Source: Cenococcum geophilum (lineage: Eukaryota). From it: 64,000 bases of DNA. The notes below the pieces were generated by a model. The model made no database searches, had not been told where the DNA came from, and saw nothing but the letters and a program-made list of their open reading frames with translations. Both the position numbers and the translations under genes were made by a program. Each line of letters opens with the position of its first letter. Position 1 is the stretch's first letter. This document shows, piece by piece, positions 26,172 through 39,359 of this stretch. The stretch spans positions 10,540,001 to 10,604,000 of the forward strand of contig CP158636.1 in NCBI GenBank assembly GCA_050273025.1, given 5' to 3'.

Positions 26172-26661
26172 TATCCTTTAATAAGTTAATTAATTGCTTA
26201 ACTAGCGCTTTATAACTAACGCTAAAGGAGATTATATATAAGCCTTGCCTACTACTCTAGCTAAGTAGTAGTATATAGTGTTTCTAACGTCCATTAAGGT
26301 GCTAGGCCATTAGCTATACCTAGTGGAGAGGGTATCTCTAGAATTAGAAGCGACGATAAGACGCGTTAAGGATTGTACGGTAATAGGCCTATAGCAAGAA
26401 ATCCACTTCTAATATTCTAATTTAAGAAGACAGATAGCCGTACCTTTCTATATATCTATAGAAATTCTTCTTTATTAATATAGTAGATTCCTTAACAGGC
26501 AAGACTAAGCACCTCTTCTCCGTATACATACTTAAGAGAAATATAGCAGCTTATATTAAGCGGCTAAAGAAGGTATAAGGTATACGTAGGCATATAAAGC
26601 ATAATAATCTTATTAGCAGTACAGGATTAATCGAATTTAGGCGTTACGTGGCTACCGTGGC

Positions 26662-27910
26662 TGTCACGGCACTGACCTGACACGTTGTTATGATTTAGTG
26701 TTGTCATAACACGAGCACGGACCTGACCCCTGAGCGACGTGTATATATACCACCTCACCTCCTACATAGATCCTTACACGATATCGTTTGTCAATTATAT
26801 ACAGTCACCTCGTATATCGTACCTTGACAGTCCGCACGTACTGTGACAGTATATCGTGTCATCTTATACGCCCCCGGTAGGGCTTTATTTCCACCGTTCC
26901 AAAGCTACGTTCTAAAGCTTTAACCCTACCCCGGGCGGGAATTTTACCCTTATTCTATAACAATCTCTATATATTAAATCTATTTGAACTAGTCTCCTCT
27001 TTAAGTTTCTAAGCTAGTAGCAGGGAGACACCCTACAGGCTATAGTTTCTCTTCTTAGTCTTTAAGTTTCCTAGGCCAGCAGCAGAGAGATACCCTACGG
27101 GCTATAGTTCCTCTTCTTAGTCTCCAAGTCTCCGTATCTAGCCATACTTCTACTTCACATCCTAAGTTTCTAAGCCGGCTATAGGGAGACACCCTATAGG
27201 CTATATTCCTCGTGTCTTGATTACAGTATAAGACTATAGGTTACGATCTTGTCTCCATCTCCGTCTTTAAATCCGCATAGATACTACAAGTTTACCGTAA
27301 TAAGAATCTACGTTTTAACCTCGATCTCCGCACCCCAAGCCTTTTAAGCCTATACTTTAACCTTAATCTCCGTAACCTCTAAGCCTTTTAAGTCTACGTC
27401 TTAACCTTAATCTCCGCACCCTAAGCCTTTTAAGAGTTAATATCCGCAATACGCCCCGCGGTTATAATTTTTTTCGTCTCCTTTATTTTACCCCTTCGCC
27501 TTCGGCTTTATTTAGTACTTAAGATAAGTACTAGCGGAGAGCAATATAGTAGGGATATAGGTAGGAGGGTCTAAGGACTATAAGGACAAGGACCTTTAAG
27601 GACTAGAAGGACGAGAACCTTTAAGGACTAAAAGGATGAGGATATATAGTCTATTTTTTTACTTCCGTATTTTTACTGCCGTTACTTAGCTCACAGGAGC
27701 TCGCCTTATTGGGAGGGATATACTATCACGGCACTGACCTAACACGTTATTATAATTTAGTGTTGTTATAACACGAGCACGGACCTAACCCCTGAGCGAC
27801 GTGTATATATACCACCTCACCTCCTACATAGATCCTCACACGACATCGTTTGTCAATCATATACAGTCACCTCGTACATCGTACCTTGACAGTCCGCACG
27901 TACTGTGACA
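26662..27910 (+). mobile_element. 1249-bp non-autonomous LTR element (TRIM-like)
   Basis: 187-bp LTRs TGTCAC...GTGACA at 26662-26848 and 27724-27910. TSD GTGGC. PPT gggaggg ~27711. Non-coding interior with ~58-bp and ~43-bp tandem units. Confidence 0.95.
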
Positions 27911-28504
27911 GTGGCCATTAAGAATAAGAAGGTAGTAGACTCCCTTTATACAAGACTGCGTACACTTATTAAAATACTAAATCCATTTATATCTTAGCTT
28001 ATCTATAGTCTAGCCGTTATTACTAATAGCAAGTATCCAGTTAGTAGGTAGGCCTTAATACCAGCCTACCTAGTAGAGCTTTCCTACTAGGATAATAAAG
28101 GGTGGTATGGACCACCTAGTCGCGTTAACCGCTTTAATAGCTGTTACCTACTTATAATTACCTAGCTGAACAGTAATTATATAGCCTATAGTATTAGAGC
28201 TAGTAACAACCTTTAAAGTTATAGCTATACCCATTATAAATCCAGTCTTGTTAAAGTTGTAGGTATCTTTATTAAGTATGCTATACGCCTAACGCGTCTC
28301 CTCTACGAGCTTAAACTACGGGCCTATTATCTTTAGATCCTCGCATTTCGCGCGCTGCGAGTAAAATTTACGATTCCACTTTATTTAAAGCTCTAGCTAA
28401 GCGTTAATAAATCGTAATACCCAGTTCTTGCTAACTGGCTAAGGGGGAGGATTCTAGCCACGTGTAGCGAGTAATGTGTCTGCTATTTGTCGTACATTAA
28501 TAAT

Positions 28505-28750
28505 TGTAAGCTTTGCAGTGTGTGGGTATTGAATAAGCGACTTGATTGTGAATGTAGCTCTAAAGCCTCTATATATACACGAAGAAGGTGGAGGTAATAA
28601 GACATAAAATGGTAATAGGTAACTAAAATGGGAACAGTGATCTGCAAGTAATATTGATCTGCAATCAATATATAGGGTGGCGTTAACGCTGTCTTGGAGC
28701 CTTCCAAGCGGTAATCTTATATCTCAGTATAGTATCGGTAGTCGGTTACA
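28505..28750. mobile_element. Solo LTR, 246 bp
   Basis: TGTAA...TTACA termini flanked by TSD ATAAT (28500-04, 28751-55); it interrupts the outer transposase. Confidence 0.85.
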
Positions 28751-29069
28751 ATAATCTAGAAGGGAAATCCGTATTAGTTAAGCTCTAGGATCCACTAAAC
28801 AAGTGACTGCTCCTTAGATAGCTATAGCTTTCGTTTTTTTAGCATTAGATAGCGCCTAGAGGAGTATACCGTTAACATGTCGGTAGAGAGTCGATCAATT
28901 AACGTTATATAGATATCCGGCTTGTTAGTAGCTTAAAACCTGCTAATTATAAATAGCCTGCATTGAAAGAGCCATTCTGCCTTCATTTTAAAGCTTCTAA
29001 ATGTTGTGTTATGATGCCATAATTGATTTAATTAAAGACGTGTCTTTTTTTGGTGGGGTGGCTTACTAA

Positions 29070-32000
29070 TGACGATGGTGCTGGAAGAGTCCTCTACGTT
29101 CGTTGCCTGCTTATATAAGCAGATTCCCTTTAGTTCCTTTTTGGACGACGTCCGTAAGCAACTACTTATAACTCCATAGGTATAGGCCTATATAAAGGCC
29201 TATATTCGTCGTAGATAGATTTGATAGATTTATATTTATTCATTTATCCTTAGATCTAGTTTATTAGGTTATAAGCACTTATTGCTACCAAGCTGCGACG
29301 TTAGAAGATTGACACCTTATTATAGGCTGCATAAAGGGTTATTATACCCATGCTAGGTTATATCTTACTGCTCTATATTTGACGCCTTACCATAGGCCGC
29401 ATTAAGGGTTACTACACCTACATATAAAGTTATTCCTTATTATTAAAATTACGCGTTAAAATCGTTAGTTTACGCGTTAAAAATCCTTTTGTTTACGCGT
29501 TAAATTTATTTATTTACGCGTCGCCATGGGTAAAGACTGTCCAGGCATTCAACGCCTTAAGAAAGATGGTTTAAATTAGCATTAATATTGGACACAGCTC
29601 AGCACGTACCTACGTGGTAAGGGCCTTCTGCATATTATTTAAGAAGATACGGCCCTACTCTACCCAAAGCTTTAGGAAGAAAAACCTACAATATCTATCG
29701 ATTAAGTACCAAAGGACGCCGGTAAGGAGGAGCGAGACAAGATCCTTAAGAGGTCTTAAATTATTGCGGATACTAATGACTTAATCCGCTTAACTAATAA
29801 AGTACTCTCCAACGAGTACTAAAAGGAGTTTAAATAGTTCAATAAGGACAACGGTAAAGTTTATTTAGTTATCCTTAGTATAATTAACAATAAGATTCTT
29901 ACTGCCTTAGAGTATAAGTAGACGGTAAAGGACTATATTAATTACCTTAAGCAGACATTTAAGGCCTGTGGCTTAATCTATAAGGCTAACGTATAGGAGA
30001 CTTTTGTTAAGCTCCGCTTCTAATTAGACTAAGCAGTTACTACTTTCTTAAGCTATTACTAAGAAGCGGTTTAAGGAGTTAAGTAGGTAAAGCTTGCCCT
30101 AGATAACAAGATTATTAACTATTAATTTATCAACGCCGTTAACGAACACTTCCCTATATAGGCTTAAATCCAACGTAATAAGATTCGCGACGGCTATATA
30201 ATCTCACTACCCTAATTAATCACTAACCTCACTGACGAGGCCTGGCAGAAGGACTTACCTAAGAGCTTTACCTCGGTTAATAAGCCACTAGGTAACTTAC
30301 GTTCAAATAAGTAGTCCGGTTAAGGACGCGGTAACGGTTATAGTTATAGCAATAGTCGCGGCGGAGGTAGGGGAGCCAGTTACGGTGCCTTATTAGGCAA
30401 TTAAGGCTCTGCTAAGGATGCTTTAAATAGGTATGGGTGGTGTAAGTAAGGTTATCTAGGTGGCGAGGAGGGCTGCTAGATGAAGTACGCCTACTTAAGG
30501 CCCGAATGGTGGAGACCTAGAGAAAGGCGACCTTAGCGCTTAGGTAATAGAGCAGCCTTAAATACAAATAAGGCCTCTAAGGGGACATCCAATCGCCTAT
30601 TTTAAGCTACCAATTCGGTAACTAGATTAATCTTTGCTATACAGGTTATTGGGCCAGCAGCTATAGCTTTAGAAACAAATATTAAGGACTCCTAAATAGC
30701 CGACAGTTGCTTAAATATTTATATATGTAACGATATTAGGAGGTTCGTATAATATAAGGAAATTAAACCTATTTAAATCCAGACAGGAGGAGGCCTAATA
30801 AAGGCTATTGGCGTTAGATTAGTCGAGCTTATAGTTACCCAAACTAACCACTCTACCTATATAATTACATTTACTAAAGTATATTACTGTCCTAACTTCT
30901 TTATAAATATTGTCTTGCTTAGCATTCTACGAGGGAAGGGAGCCTTCTTTAATGGTCTCTATAATATGATTAACTTTATTAAAGATCGGGTAGAAATAGC
31001 CTATACCCTATGCATTAACGGACTTAATATATTTATACTGGTAGATAACCCCGTGGAGGTTCCTTTTGTAATAGCTCTAGCTACCGCACGATCGCGCCTC
31101 TATAAGAAAGGCGTGCTTACTAAAGCTACTATAGAGACTTGGTATAAGAGACTATAACACCTTTCTTCTAACTAGATACGTCTCCTTACTAGGAGTATAA
31201 AGGGGATTATAGTTATTAAGGATAAGCCATTTTACTACGAGGACTGTTACCTTAGAAAGGCCAAGAAATAAATATTAAGACGCCCTTAATGACGCAGCAA
31301 TTGCATATTTGAAAAGGTGCATATTAACGTAGTTGGGCCATTAAAACACGAAGGTCTCTACGGTAAGAAGTACTAGGTACTACTTACTAATAACCGAATA
31401 CGCTTTAAATGGATCTACTATATATTAAATAGAGGCTCCGCGGCCTCTACCTTAAAGCAGTTCGTCTATATAATTAAGACTTAAACAGGGATAATAATTG
31501 GTTGCTTCCGATTAGATAGAGCTGCTAAGTGGTTTAGTAAGGACTTAACTGATTTCTTTAAGGACGAGGGTATACTTACTAAGGTCTCTACCCTATATAC
31601 CATACACTAGAATAAAATAATAGAGAAGGCTAACTACCTAGTCAAAGAAAGGGTTAGGGTGATGTTAATTAAGACTTAATTACCACTAAAGCTCTGGCCT
31701 AAAGTTGCTAAGGTAGCTATATATAGGCTTAATATATTACCTATATTAGTTAATAAGGATAAAGCTCCGCCCGCTTAAGCAATGGCTTACGCCCTAGGTA
31801 ATACCGACTCTATAATTACATACGCTAACTAGAAGATCTATGGCTGTCCCGCCTACGTCTATATTAATAAAAAAGACCCTTAGCGGTAATAGGGTAATAA
31901 GTTTGTTACAAAAGCTTAGAAAGGACAATTAGTTGGCTATAAAGGTTTATATATATATCGCGTCTATCTACTTTATAAAAATAGGGTTGTTTAATTAAGC

Positions 32001-34770
32001 AGCGTCACCTTTAACGAATTAGGAACCTTTCTTACTACACTAATCAGTGAGGAAGAAGGTGGCGATAATAATATCTGCTAGATACCACTTAAGGAACTTC
32101 CTACCGAAGACACTGCACTAGAGGTCTCTCGGTTACCGCAGGAAAGAAGTAAGGCTTCTCGGTCACTGTAGGAAGGAAGTGAGGCTTCTTAGTTACCGCA
32201 GGAGGTAGACTAGGTCTCTCGGGCCTCGCAGTTAGGGGGTGACTCTTAGTTAGGAAGTGCCTCTGACGATTACGATATCGCACCCTAGCCTAATTGACCT
32301 CCCCTTACTAATGATAAACAGGCAGGCCTTGACCAGCAAGAGCTACCTGATCTAGGAGGATACCTCCATAAGGAAACGACTCCCCTAAGGGATATTTACT
32401 AGGAGAATCTGGAATAGATTCTAACTAAGTACTTGGAGGAAGAAGTTAAGATTAATATATGTGATATGGTGAATACGCGCACGCGATTAAAGCTATGGCT
32501 TAACTATAGCGTACTCTATAGAACCGGAAGGAAGGAGCCGGCTATAAAGGCCACCTACCTTACCCTATCCTTCGCCTATATATTTATAAGTGCTCTATTA
32601 CAGCCTTAGTAGATAAGGATAACTAAAGGACTACCTCCAAAGCCACGGAACTGGAAGGAAGCCATAAATTTAATATTTGAGAGGGAGTGGAAGGCTGCGG
32701 CGGATAAGGAATAGGAGTCTTAAATAGTTAATAACTTATTTAAGATTGTCGAACTTCCACCCGGAGCTAAGGCTTTACCCATTAAATGGGTCTTTTTGTA
32801 TAAATTTAATGAGAATAACGTCCTATTTAGATGGAAAGCACGGCTGGTATTACGCGGTAATAAGTAGCGCCTAGGGATTGACTATGGCGATACGTTCGCA
32901 GGCGTTGTTTAACCTAGTATATTTAAGCTACTAATGGCCCTAATTACTGCATACGATCTAGAGTGCGAACACTTGGACGTAATTATGGCCTTCCTTAATG
33001 GGAAGCTTGACCGTAAAAACATCTATATTTAGCTGCCAGAAGGATACCGCCAGTATTAAAAGGACGGCGTTGCTCTTATAGGCCTACTGCTTAAGGCTCT
33101 CTACGGTCTTAAGCAGGCGCTACGTCTTTAGTATAAGGAGCTTAAGAGCTTCCTTATTACCCTTAAATATATGCTAATTCCAGCTGACTTATGCGTCTTT
33201 ATTAGCTAGCAAAGCGGCCAAATTATTATTATCTACGTTAATGATTTTATCTTAATTGGACGAGATATATAGACAATTGAACTGCTTAAAGAAGCACTTA
33301 GGAATAAGTATAAAGTAAGAGACTTAGGCCTAATTGCGTACTACCTAGGTATTTAAATTATAAGGAACCGATAGGCGTGCTTAATTCGACTAGTACAGGA
33401 CGCCTATATTAGGAAGATCCTATATATATTTTATATAGACGATTACGCACCAGCCTTTATACCAATTCACCCCTCTACGGTAGACTTTAAGCTATATGAG
33501 GATTAAGCTCCGCCGGAGCTAATAAAATGGTATTAATCGCTAATAGGCTCTCTACTTTATCTATATAATTGGACTCGGCCTAATATAGCCTAGGCCGTAG
33601 GAAAGCTCTGTTAGTTCCTATATAACCCTGCCGAACTACATATAGAAGCCGTAATGTAGATACTCGCCTACTATGCAGGAATAATTGACTTAGGTATAGA
33701 GTTCGGCTTCCCCTAAGGGCAATAACTACCTCCAAAAGCCTTTGCTGAGGTATTAGTTACGGACTATACTACCCCTAATTGCAATAGGGAGTATAGCGGA
33801 AGCCTACTAGGTGATATACCTGACCTACAGCTATATAGCTATAGTGATGTAGCGTTCGTAGATGCGGTTGATAGGAAGTTAACTTCCGGCTATATCTATA
33901 AGCTAGTAGGTGGCCTAGTTTCACATAAATTAAGCAAGTAGTTAATTCTTATAACCTTAACTACGGAGGCTGAGTACGTAGCAATAACGTATGCGGCTAA
34001 GGAAGCCTTATGGCTCCGTCAATTGCTTACTAACTTAGGCTACACTAAAAAGGATCTACTACCGATACATTTATATAGCGACAATTAACCAGCCATTAGC
34101 CTTGCTAAAAGTGATAACTACCACGCGCGCACTAAGCACTTTGAGCTATACTGGTACTACATTTGTGACAAGGTTTAAAGCGGCGTAATTCACCTACAGT
34201 ACGTTCCTATAAGCAGCATGGTGGCAGACGGTCTTACAAAGCCACTATCAACGGCTTAGTTTAAGAACTTCGTTAAGCAGCTAGGCCTTGTTTAATGTGA
34301 TATAGACACTAAACCTAAGTAGGAAATCATACACAGGTCGGCAAAACCTCAGAGGGTACGCCATTTGATAATTCTAACCCACGCTAACGACTTTTAAATA
34401 GGGGATGAGAACAATATAGAGCTTAAGACGGGTGATCGATTATAGCTTAGGGAGAGGTTAAATAGGACCTATAATACACTTAGAGGATTACGAGGTGTTT
34501 CTTTTATATATTATTAAGTTCAATACTGATTTAGGAAGGATCTGCTTCTGTTTTGGTGGAGTACTAGGGGGTGTAACGATGGTGCTGGAAGAGTCCTCCA
34601 CGTTCGTTGCCTGCTTACATAAGCAGATTCCCTTTGGTTCCTTTTTGGACGACGTCCGTAAGCAACCACTTATGACTCCGTAGGTATAGGCCTATATAAA
34701 GGCCTATATTCGTCGTAGATAGATTCGATAGATTTATATTTATTTATTTATCCTCAGATCTAGTTCATCA
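29070..34770 (+). mobile_element. Full-length Ty1/Copia retrotransposon (5.7 kb), RIP-inactivated
   Basis: 197-bp LTRs at 29070-29266 and 34574-34770. TSD ACTAA. PBS ggttataagc (from GGTTATGAGC) at 29267. Domain order IN (VHI(D)VVGP ~31320), RT (ALYGLKQA ~33095, YV(D)D ~33235), RNase H (YSD..F.D ~33840, TTEAEYVA ~33960). Confidence 0.96.
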
Positions 34771-36486
34771 ACTAACTAGTGTGGCTTACTAACTGGTGAA
34801 ACACGTTATAGAAAGTTAGTATTATTAATAGAGATAAAATAGGGATCCTATTGCTTATAGGTATATTATAAAAAGAGAATAGAGTAATTATAAAAGAATA
34901 GCTAGAGATATGGAAGCTAAAAGCTAAGATATAGTAAAAATAGTCTACTAAAAGATAAGACAAATAGTGTTATTAATAAAAAGACGCGTAAGAGGCGACA
35001 GCTTATAAACTAGAAGAAAATTAAAATTAAAATATTATTATTAAAACCTATTTTAGGTAAATAGGGATAGTGGCTAATAGACGCGTTATATAGGACAACC
35101 TCTAGATTAACTTATAACAAACTCTTATAATAAAAAAGGTAAATCCCATCTAATTTTTATTATTATTATTATTATAGTTCTATTATAAAGGTATTATAAA
35201 GAGCTATAGTAGAAGAAGAGCGGAGGAACTAAAGACAAAGTAAGGTTTTATACTAGTAAAAAACTGGCTATAAGCTGTATTATAGAGTACCTTTCCACTA
35301 AAAAATTTCCCTAGTAGTTTTAGCCGGAACTCTATAAAAGCTTAGTAGAGGTAAAGTCTTAGAGAACTAAGACCCTTAAAGGGGAGGTAATTGTAATAGA
35401 ATCCCCTAGAAGGTATATATTAGATAAAATAGTAGAAGGTTTTATCTATATTCTATCTATATTCTATCTACGTCCTAAAGGACACGATTAGACAGATAAG
35501 GGGTAAAGGGTTTTACTAGCGTCTTAAAAGGATTATATAGGGAGCTAGTTCTCCTCTAAAGAAGAACTAGCAATTAGTCTCTAAATAGAAGAGGTTAGAA
35601 AGCATTTGTCCTTTATTACGTAAAGCTCGTTTTACCTTAACTTATCTTCTACTTACCTATAACTCTTATTCTATACTATTAATTAGATAATTATACGTTC
35701 GGGTTAAACTGGCCTCTAATATTAATAGAGTGCTAGTACTAAAGCAATTTCTAGTATAATATATAAGGTTTAAGTTAGTATCTTAACCCTAGGGTAAATA
35801 ATCTTCTATTAAAGCTAAGATAATAATAAATAGGCAAAATAGGGCTATATAGATATTAGAAGTAAAGACTAAGAATATAAATAGCTATAAAAATAATACT
35901 AAAGAGGAGAATAAATAAGAAGTAAGGTAGGGAGAAAAAGAGGGTTAGAGGATATATAATATCGCTCTCCCCAAATCTAGTGCGACGGTAGTATATAGGC
36001 CCTAGGAGCGGAAATGCCGGTTAAACATTTAGAAGTTAGCTAAGAGGGTGCGTATCTCGGTATTAGTCGTAATTAGAAGGTCAGCGTTAAGGAGCGGGTG
36101 CGGGGCACCGAAGGTGGGGCCTTATAGCAGGGGTATCATAAAGGCAGAAGCGGAATTCGAGAGAGAAAGAGCTGGTAGAGAGGGTGGTAAAGGTAATAAA
36201 GCATTTTATAGACGTTAAAAGCGGCGGTCGACTAAGCGAGAGAGCGATACCCGAAAACGGTTGTCGGGGCCCCGCTAAACTCAAAGAGGCAGCGCACCTG
36301 GACACAGAATACACCAAAAAAGGCTTAATTAAAGGTTGTAGATCGTAATATAGAGGATATCGTTATATACCCCATATCGTACTAAGGAGGTTTGACTGTA
36401 ATGCAGAGATGTAGAAAATAGGCCAAATGTTTAGCACCAATTTTGCAAATATTTCATGTCATCATAAGTTAGCTGTAATTATGTAA

Positions 36487-39359
36487 TCATCCAGCCAGCT
36501 CAGCCATGAATCCAAACTTCCCCTGAATACCAGGCAGAATTACAACAGGCACCTTCTTTGCTACCACTGCTTCCTCACCTGGCAACGCCATAGGTGCCGA
36601 AAACCCTACTACCCTCAACGCAATAATGTGGCACTCGGAACAGATAATCGTCTTTGCAGACTCACTCATGCGAGTATACACGCACGTCGAACAGAAAGCA
36701 TGGTTGCACGTTCGCAATATACAATCGCAAAGATTCTGCTTACAGCTGGAACACGCAACGCGCTGAGAATGCGCGACGGACAGGCCCTCGTCCACACCTA
36801 GTGAGGCGTCCATCTCCGAGACCGACTTGATCACCCGGAAGTTTGCCGCGCCTGACGTTTGTGCGGCTGGGCCGCCATTGTAACTGCTGAAGAATGGGAT
36901 GCCTGCCTCGAGATATGTTCGCAGAGTAATAGGTGTCGGGGGCGTCACCATCCCTGTAATGGCCTCGAATGCAACTGAATTCAACACTTGCACACTGATC
37001 ATGCCAATGGCTGACTTGTTCCAACGTGAAGACCGGTGTATGTCGCGGTCTGGTAGGATTTGCTGGCGCAGGCGGCCCCCGGCTGCGATGCCCATTGTCC
37101 AGCCGTCCTCGGTAGATGGCTTCTGCTTTGGAGACGGCGTGGAGGGTGATCGAGCTATAGCGTCTGGCGGAACAGCTATTGGAGAATGTGCGCTCGATTT
37201 TTGTGTGGGAGGTGGCGGGTAAGACAGAGAAGCGTTTGGGAGACCGACCGGCGAATAACATGCGACCGGTTGTAGGTGGGGGGGTGGCCTCCCGTAAGAG
37301 TACTGGGGTGCTTGGGGGCTACCAGACGATTGCAGTACAGGCGCACTACATGGTGCTCCATACATTCCGGCAGCGGCAGACTGTGGAAGATGGTAGGCCT
37401 CTTTTCTTCGTCTGAACATCGAAAAACTGTTTTTCGGGGGCCGATATACGTTGCCAATGGGTTGCTGGGCTGCTGGCTTAGCTTTCCTATCGGACTTCAC
37501 GGCTATAAGTTCGGGGAGAGTAACGGTCGTGGACATCGACTCTTCGAAACCAATAATGCCATCATCTATCAAAGTAGAGTTTGGATTCAAAACCTTTGGT
37601 CTGGACGATAAGTCGAGCGAAAAGTTGTCCTTGCCCGATTCGCTCATGACATCGAGAACTTTCTGGACCTTGTCAAACGGTGAGAATTCCCTAGTGGTCA
37701 TCGTTTGTTTTGAAAATCGTGATTTAAATGTAATTTTCAGCTTCGTTCTGTAGAGCGCATCGAGTGGGTATATCTGTTTATCGAGACTAATCCCGATTAG
37801 CTCACGAAGAAGAACCCGTCTTTGCTCTTGGACGTGACCTCCCATAACGACATCTCCGTTCCCATCTTGCACAATGAAGATGTCAATTCCAGACTGAAGG
37901 TTATAATAAGCCGCACTTGCCACAGAAGGGTTTGGAAGCCACTCGTATCCCACATCACATCTAGTATTGAATTGGATAACCAGTTTTGCCGTTGTGGGAA
38001 TGACCTCGAGCTGTAATCCGCCAACGTCTTCCTTTCCAGTCATTTGCTTCTCAATAGAATAGCCACTGCCAATGGGCATTGCAATGAATTGTCTCACCGT
38101 GTCTCTGCTGACAGCTATCCCATCCAGATGCTCTTGTGGCGGTACGATTACATAATCCTGTTTGCGAGTCTTCTCTGAGGATTCAGGCTGATCCCACTTG
38201 CGGCCAGATACGACATTGATGCCACCGACGAACACTCGGACGGCATATTCGTGAATCGGAGACCATGATGCCAGTGTGAAAGATATCCACATAGCTTCTC
38301 GCTGGTACATTGGAAAGAAGACGCCCGACTTCTTTGCTATGTCTAGTAAGCTTGAGTTGTTGGACTTGTGTAATTTTTCGCTGTATGCGGCGACATTCTG
38401 AAGATGGAAGAGGCCGAATTGAGCAGGCAGGTTGTGAACCTTACCATCCTCGGGGACGCGTAAGGTTCTGTAGAATCCTATCTGAAATCCACCGTTGATC
38501 ACTAATTGGGAGTCAGTGCACTGAACGTGGACTTGTAGTCGTGATAGATAGGCGGTGAACGGCTCTTTTCGATTGATCCGAAGGCCTTTCTGTGGGTCGT
38601 AGCATGATGGGCCATCCGCAACAAGAAGAGGCCATTCAGGTATCCCCTCCGATTCCGCTACAGGTACTGTAATTGGCAGCGCATTCGCAGAATAGGAAGT
38701 GGACAATTCTTTGTATTGGAACCCAACTGGCGGAAGGTAACCTTTTTCATGTGTCAGAACAAGATCTACTACCTTAGACAGATGACCAAGGGACGACTGA
38801 AAGAGTATCTGGCCCTCTGTCTGGTCATATGAAAGAGAATTGCAAAAGCCTTCTTTAGGTACTCTTCTAATAGAACAGAGCTAGGGCCCAAGTCCATAGG
38901 AGCTCATTTTTTCAGTGACTTACCTCGTCGAGTAATCAAATCCGAAAGTTCAGAAAGTGTGTTGTATAAAGACATCGTGATGACCAGTTTGAAGAGACTG
39001 GGGTTATTTGGCTTTCGCAGGCCTCTTAATTCCAGTGTGACAGTAGAATCCGGTATTACAACTGGCTCTTTTGTATCGATATCGGGCGAGAACAGGGTTG
39101 AATCGACAACTGAATCCGGCCCTGGCGGAGGTATTTGGTTCGGGGCGGGATAACGCGGTTTTGGGTATGGTATTGGAGGATAGGAACTATTTACGTCTTC
39201 ACCCGGCAGCTCATGAATCGGATATGATTCGGGAATTCGAGGGATGTCTTCACTAGGCAACTCATGAATCAGACTGCGCTGGGCTGCCGTGGCTGGTGTC
39301 TGGATTGACATCCAACTCGCAAATCCGGAGAAGGTCGTGACATCGTCTTGGTTACTCAT
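36487..39359 (-). CDS. Intact multidomain protein: conserved uncharacterised split domain with inserted ubiquitin-like segment(s) and a C-terminal C3HC4 RING finger; probably two exons
   Basis: The 739-aa ORF 36487-38706 stays open upstream to 38880. The upstream ORF (ATG 39359) has a GTAAGT donor at 38923; the acceptor is ambiguous. RING: CSSC...CILRTCNHAFCSTC...CSEC. Ubl-like segment: KLKITFKS...VLNPNSTLIDDGI. Base composition is not RIP-like. Confidence 0.85.

Larger units (their letters stand above)
23933..34806 (-). mobile_element. Fot1/pogo-like DNA transposon (outer), expanded by four nested insertions
   Basis: Left TIR acgtgttccactagttagtgagc after TA (23931-32). Right TIR gcttactaactggtgaaacacgt before TA (34807-08). 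Transposase remnants on the minus strand at 24000-24320, 26174-26660 and 27916-29020. Confidence 0.85.
14440..35695 (+). mobile_element. Gypsy/chromovirus family D, 5'-truncated host of many nested insertions
   Basis: Own segments are ~14440-16363 (protease end, RT, RNase H), 18092-18741 and 21604-23932 (integrase, chromodomain ~22370-22520, 3' UTR) and 34809-35695. PPT aaggggagg ~35379. Probable 3' LTR from TGTAATAG at 35392 to ~35695; the right end is approximate. Confidence 0.8.

Noticed and set aside
36740..38498. Multiple short overlapping ORFs
   Set aside because: Alternative-frame or antisense shadows of the 739-aa ORF.
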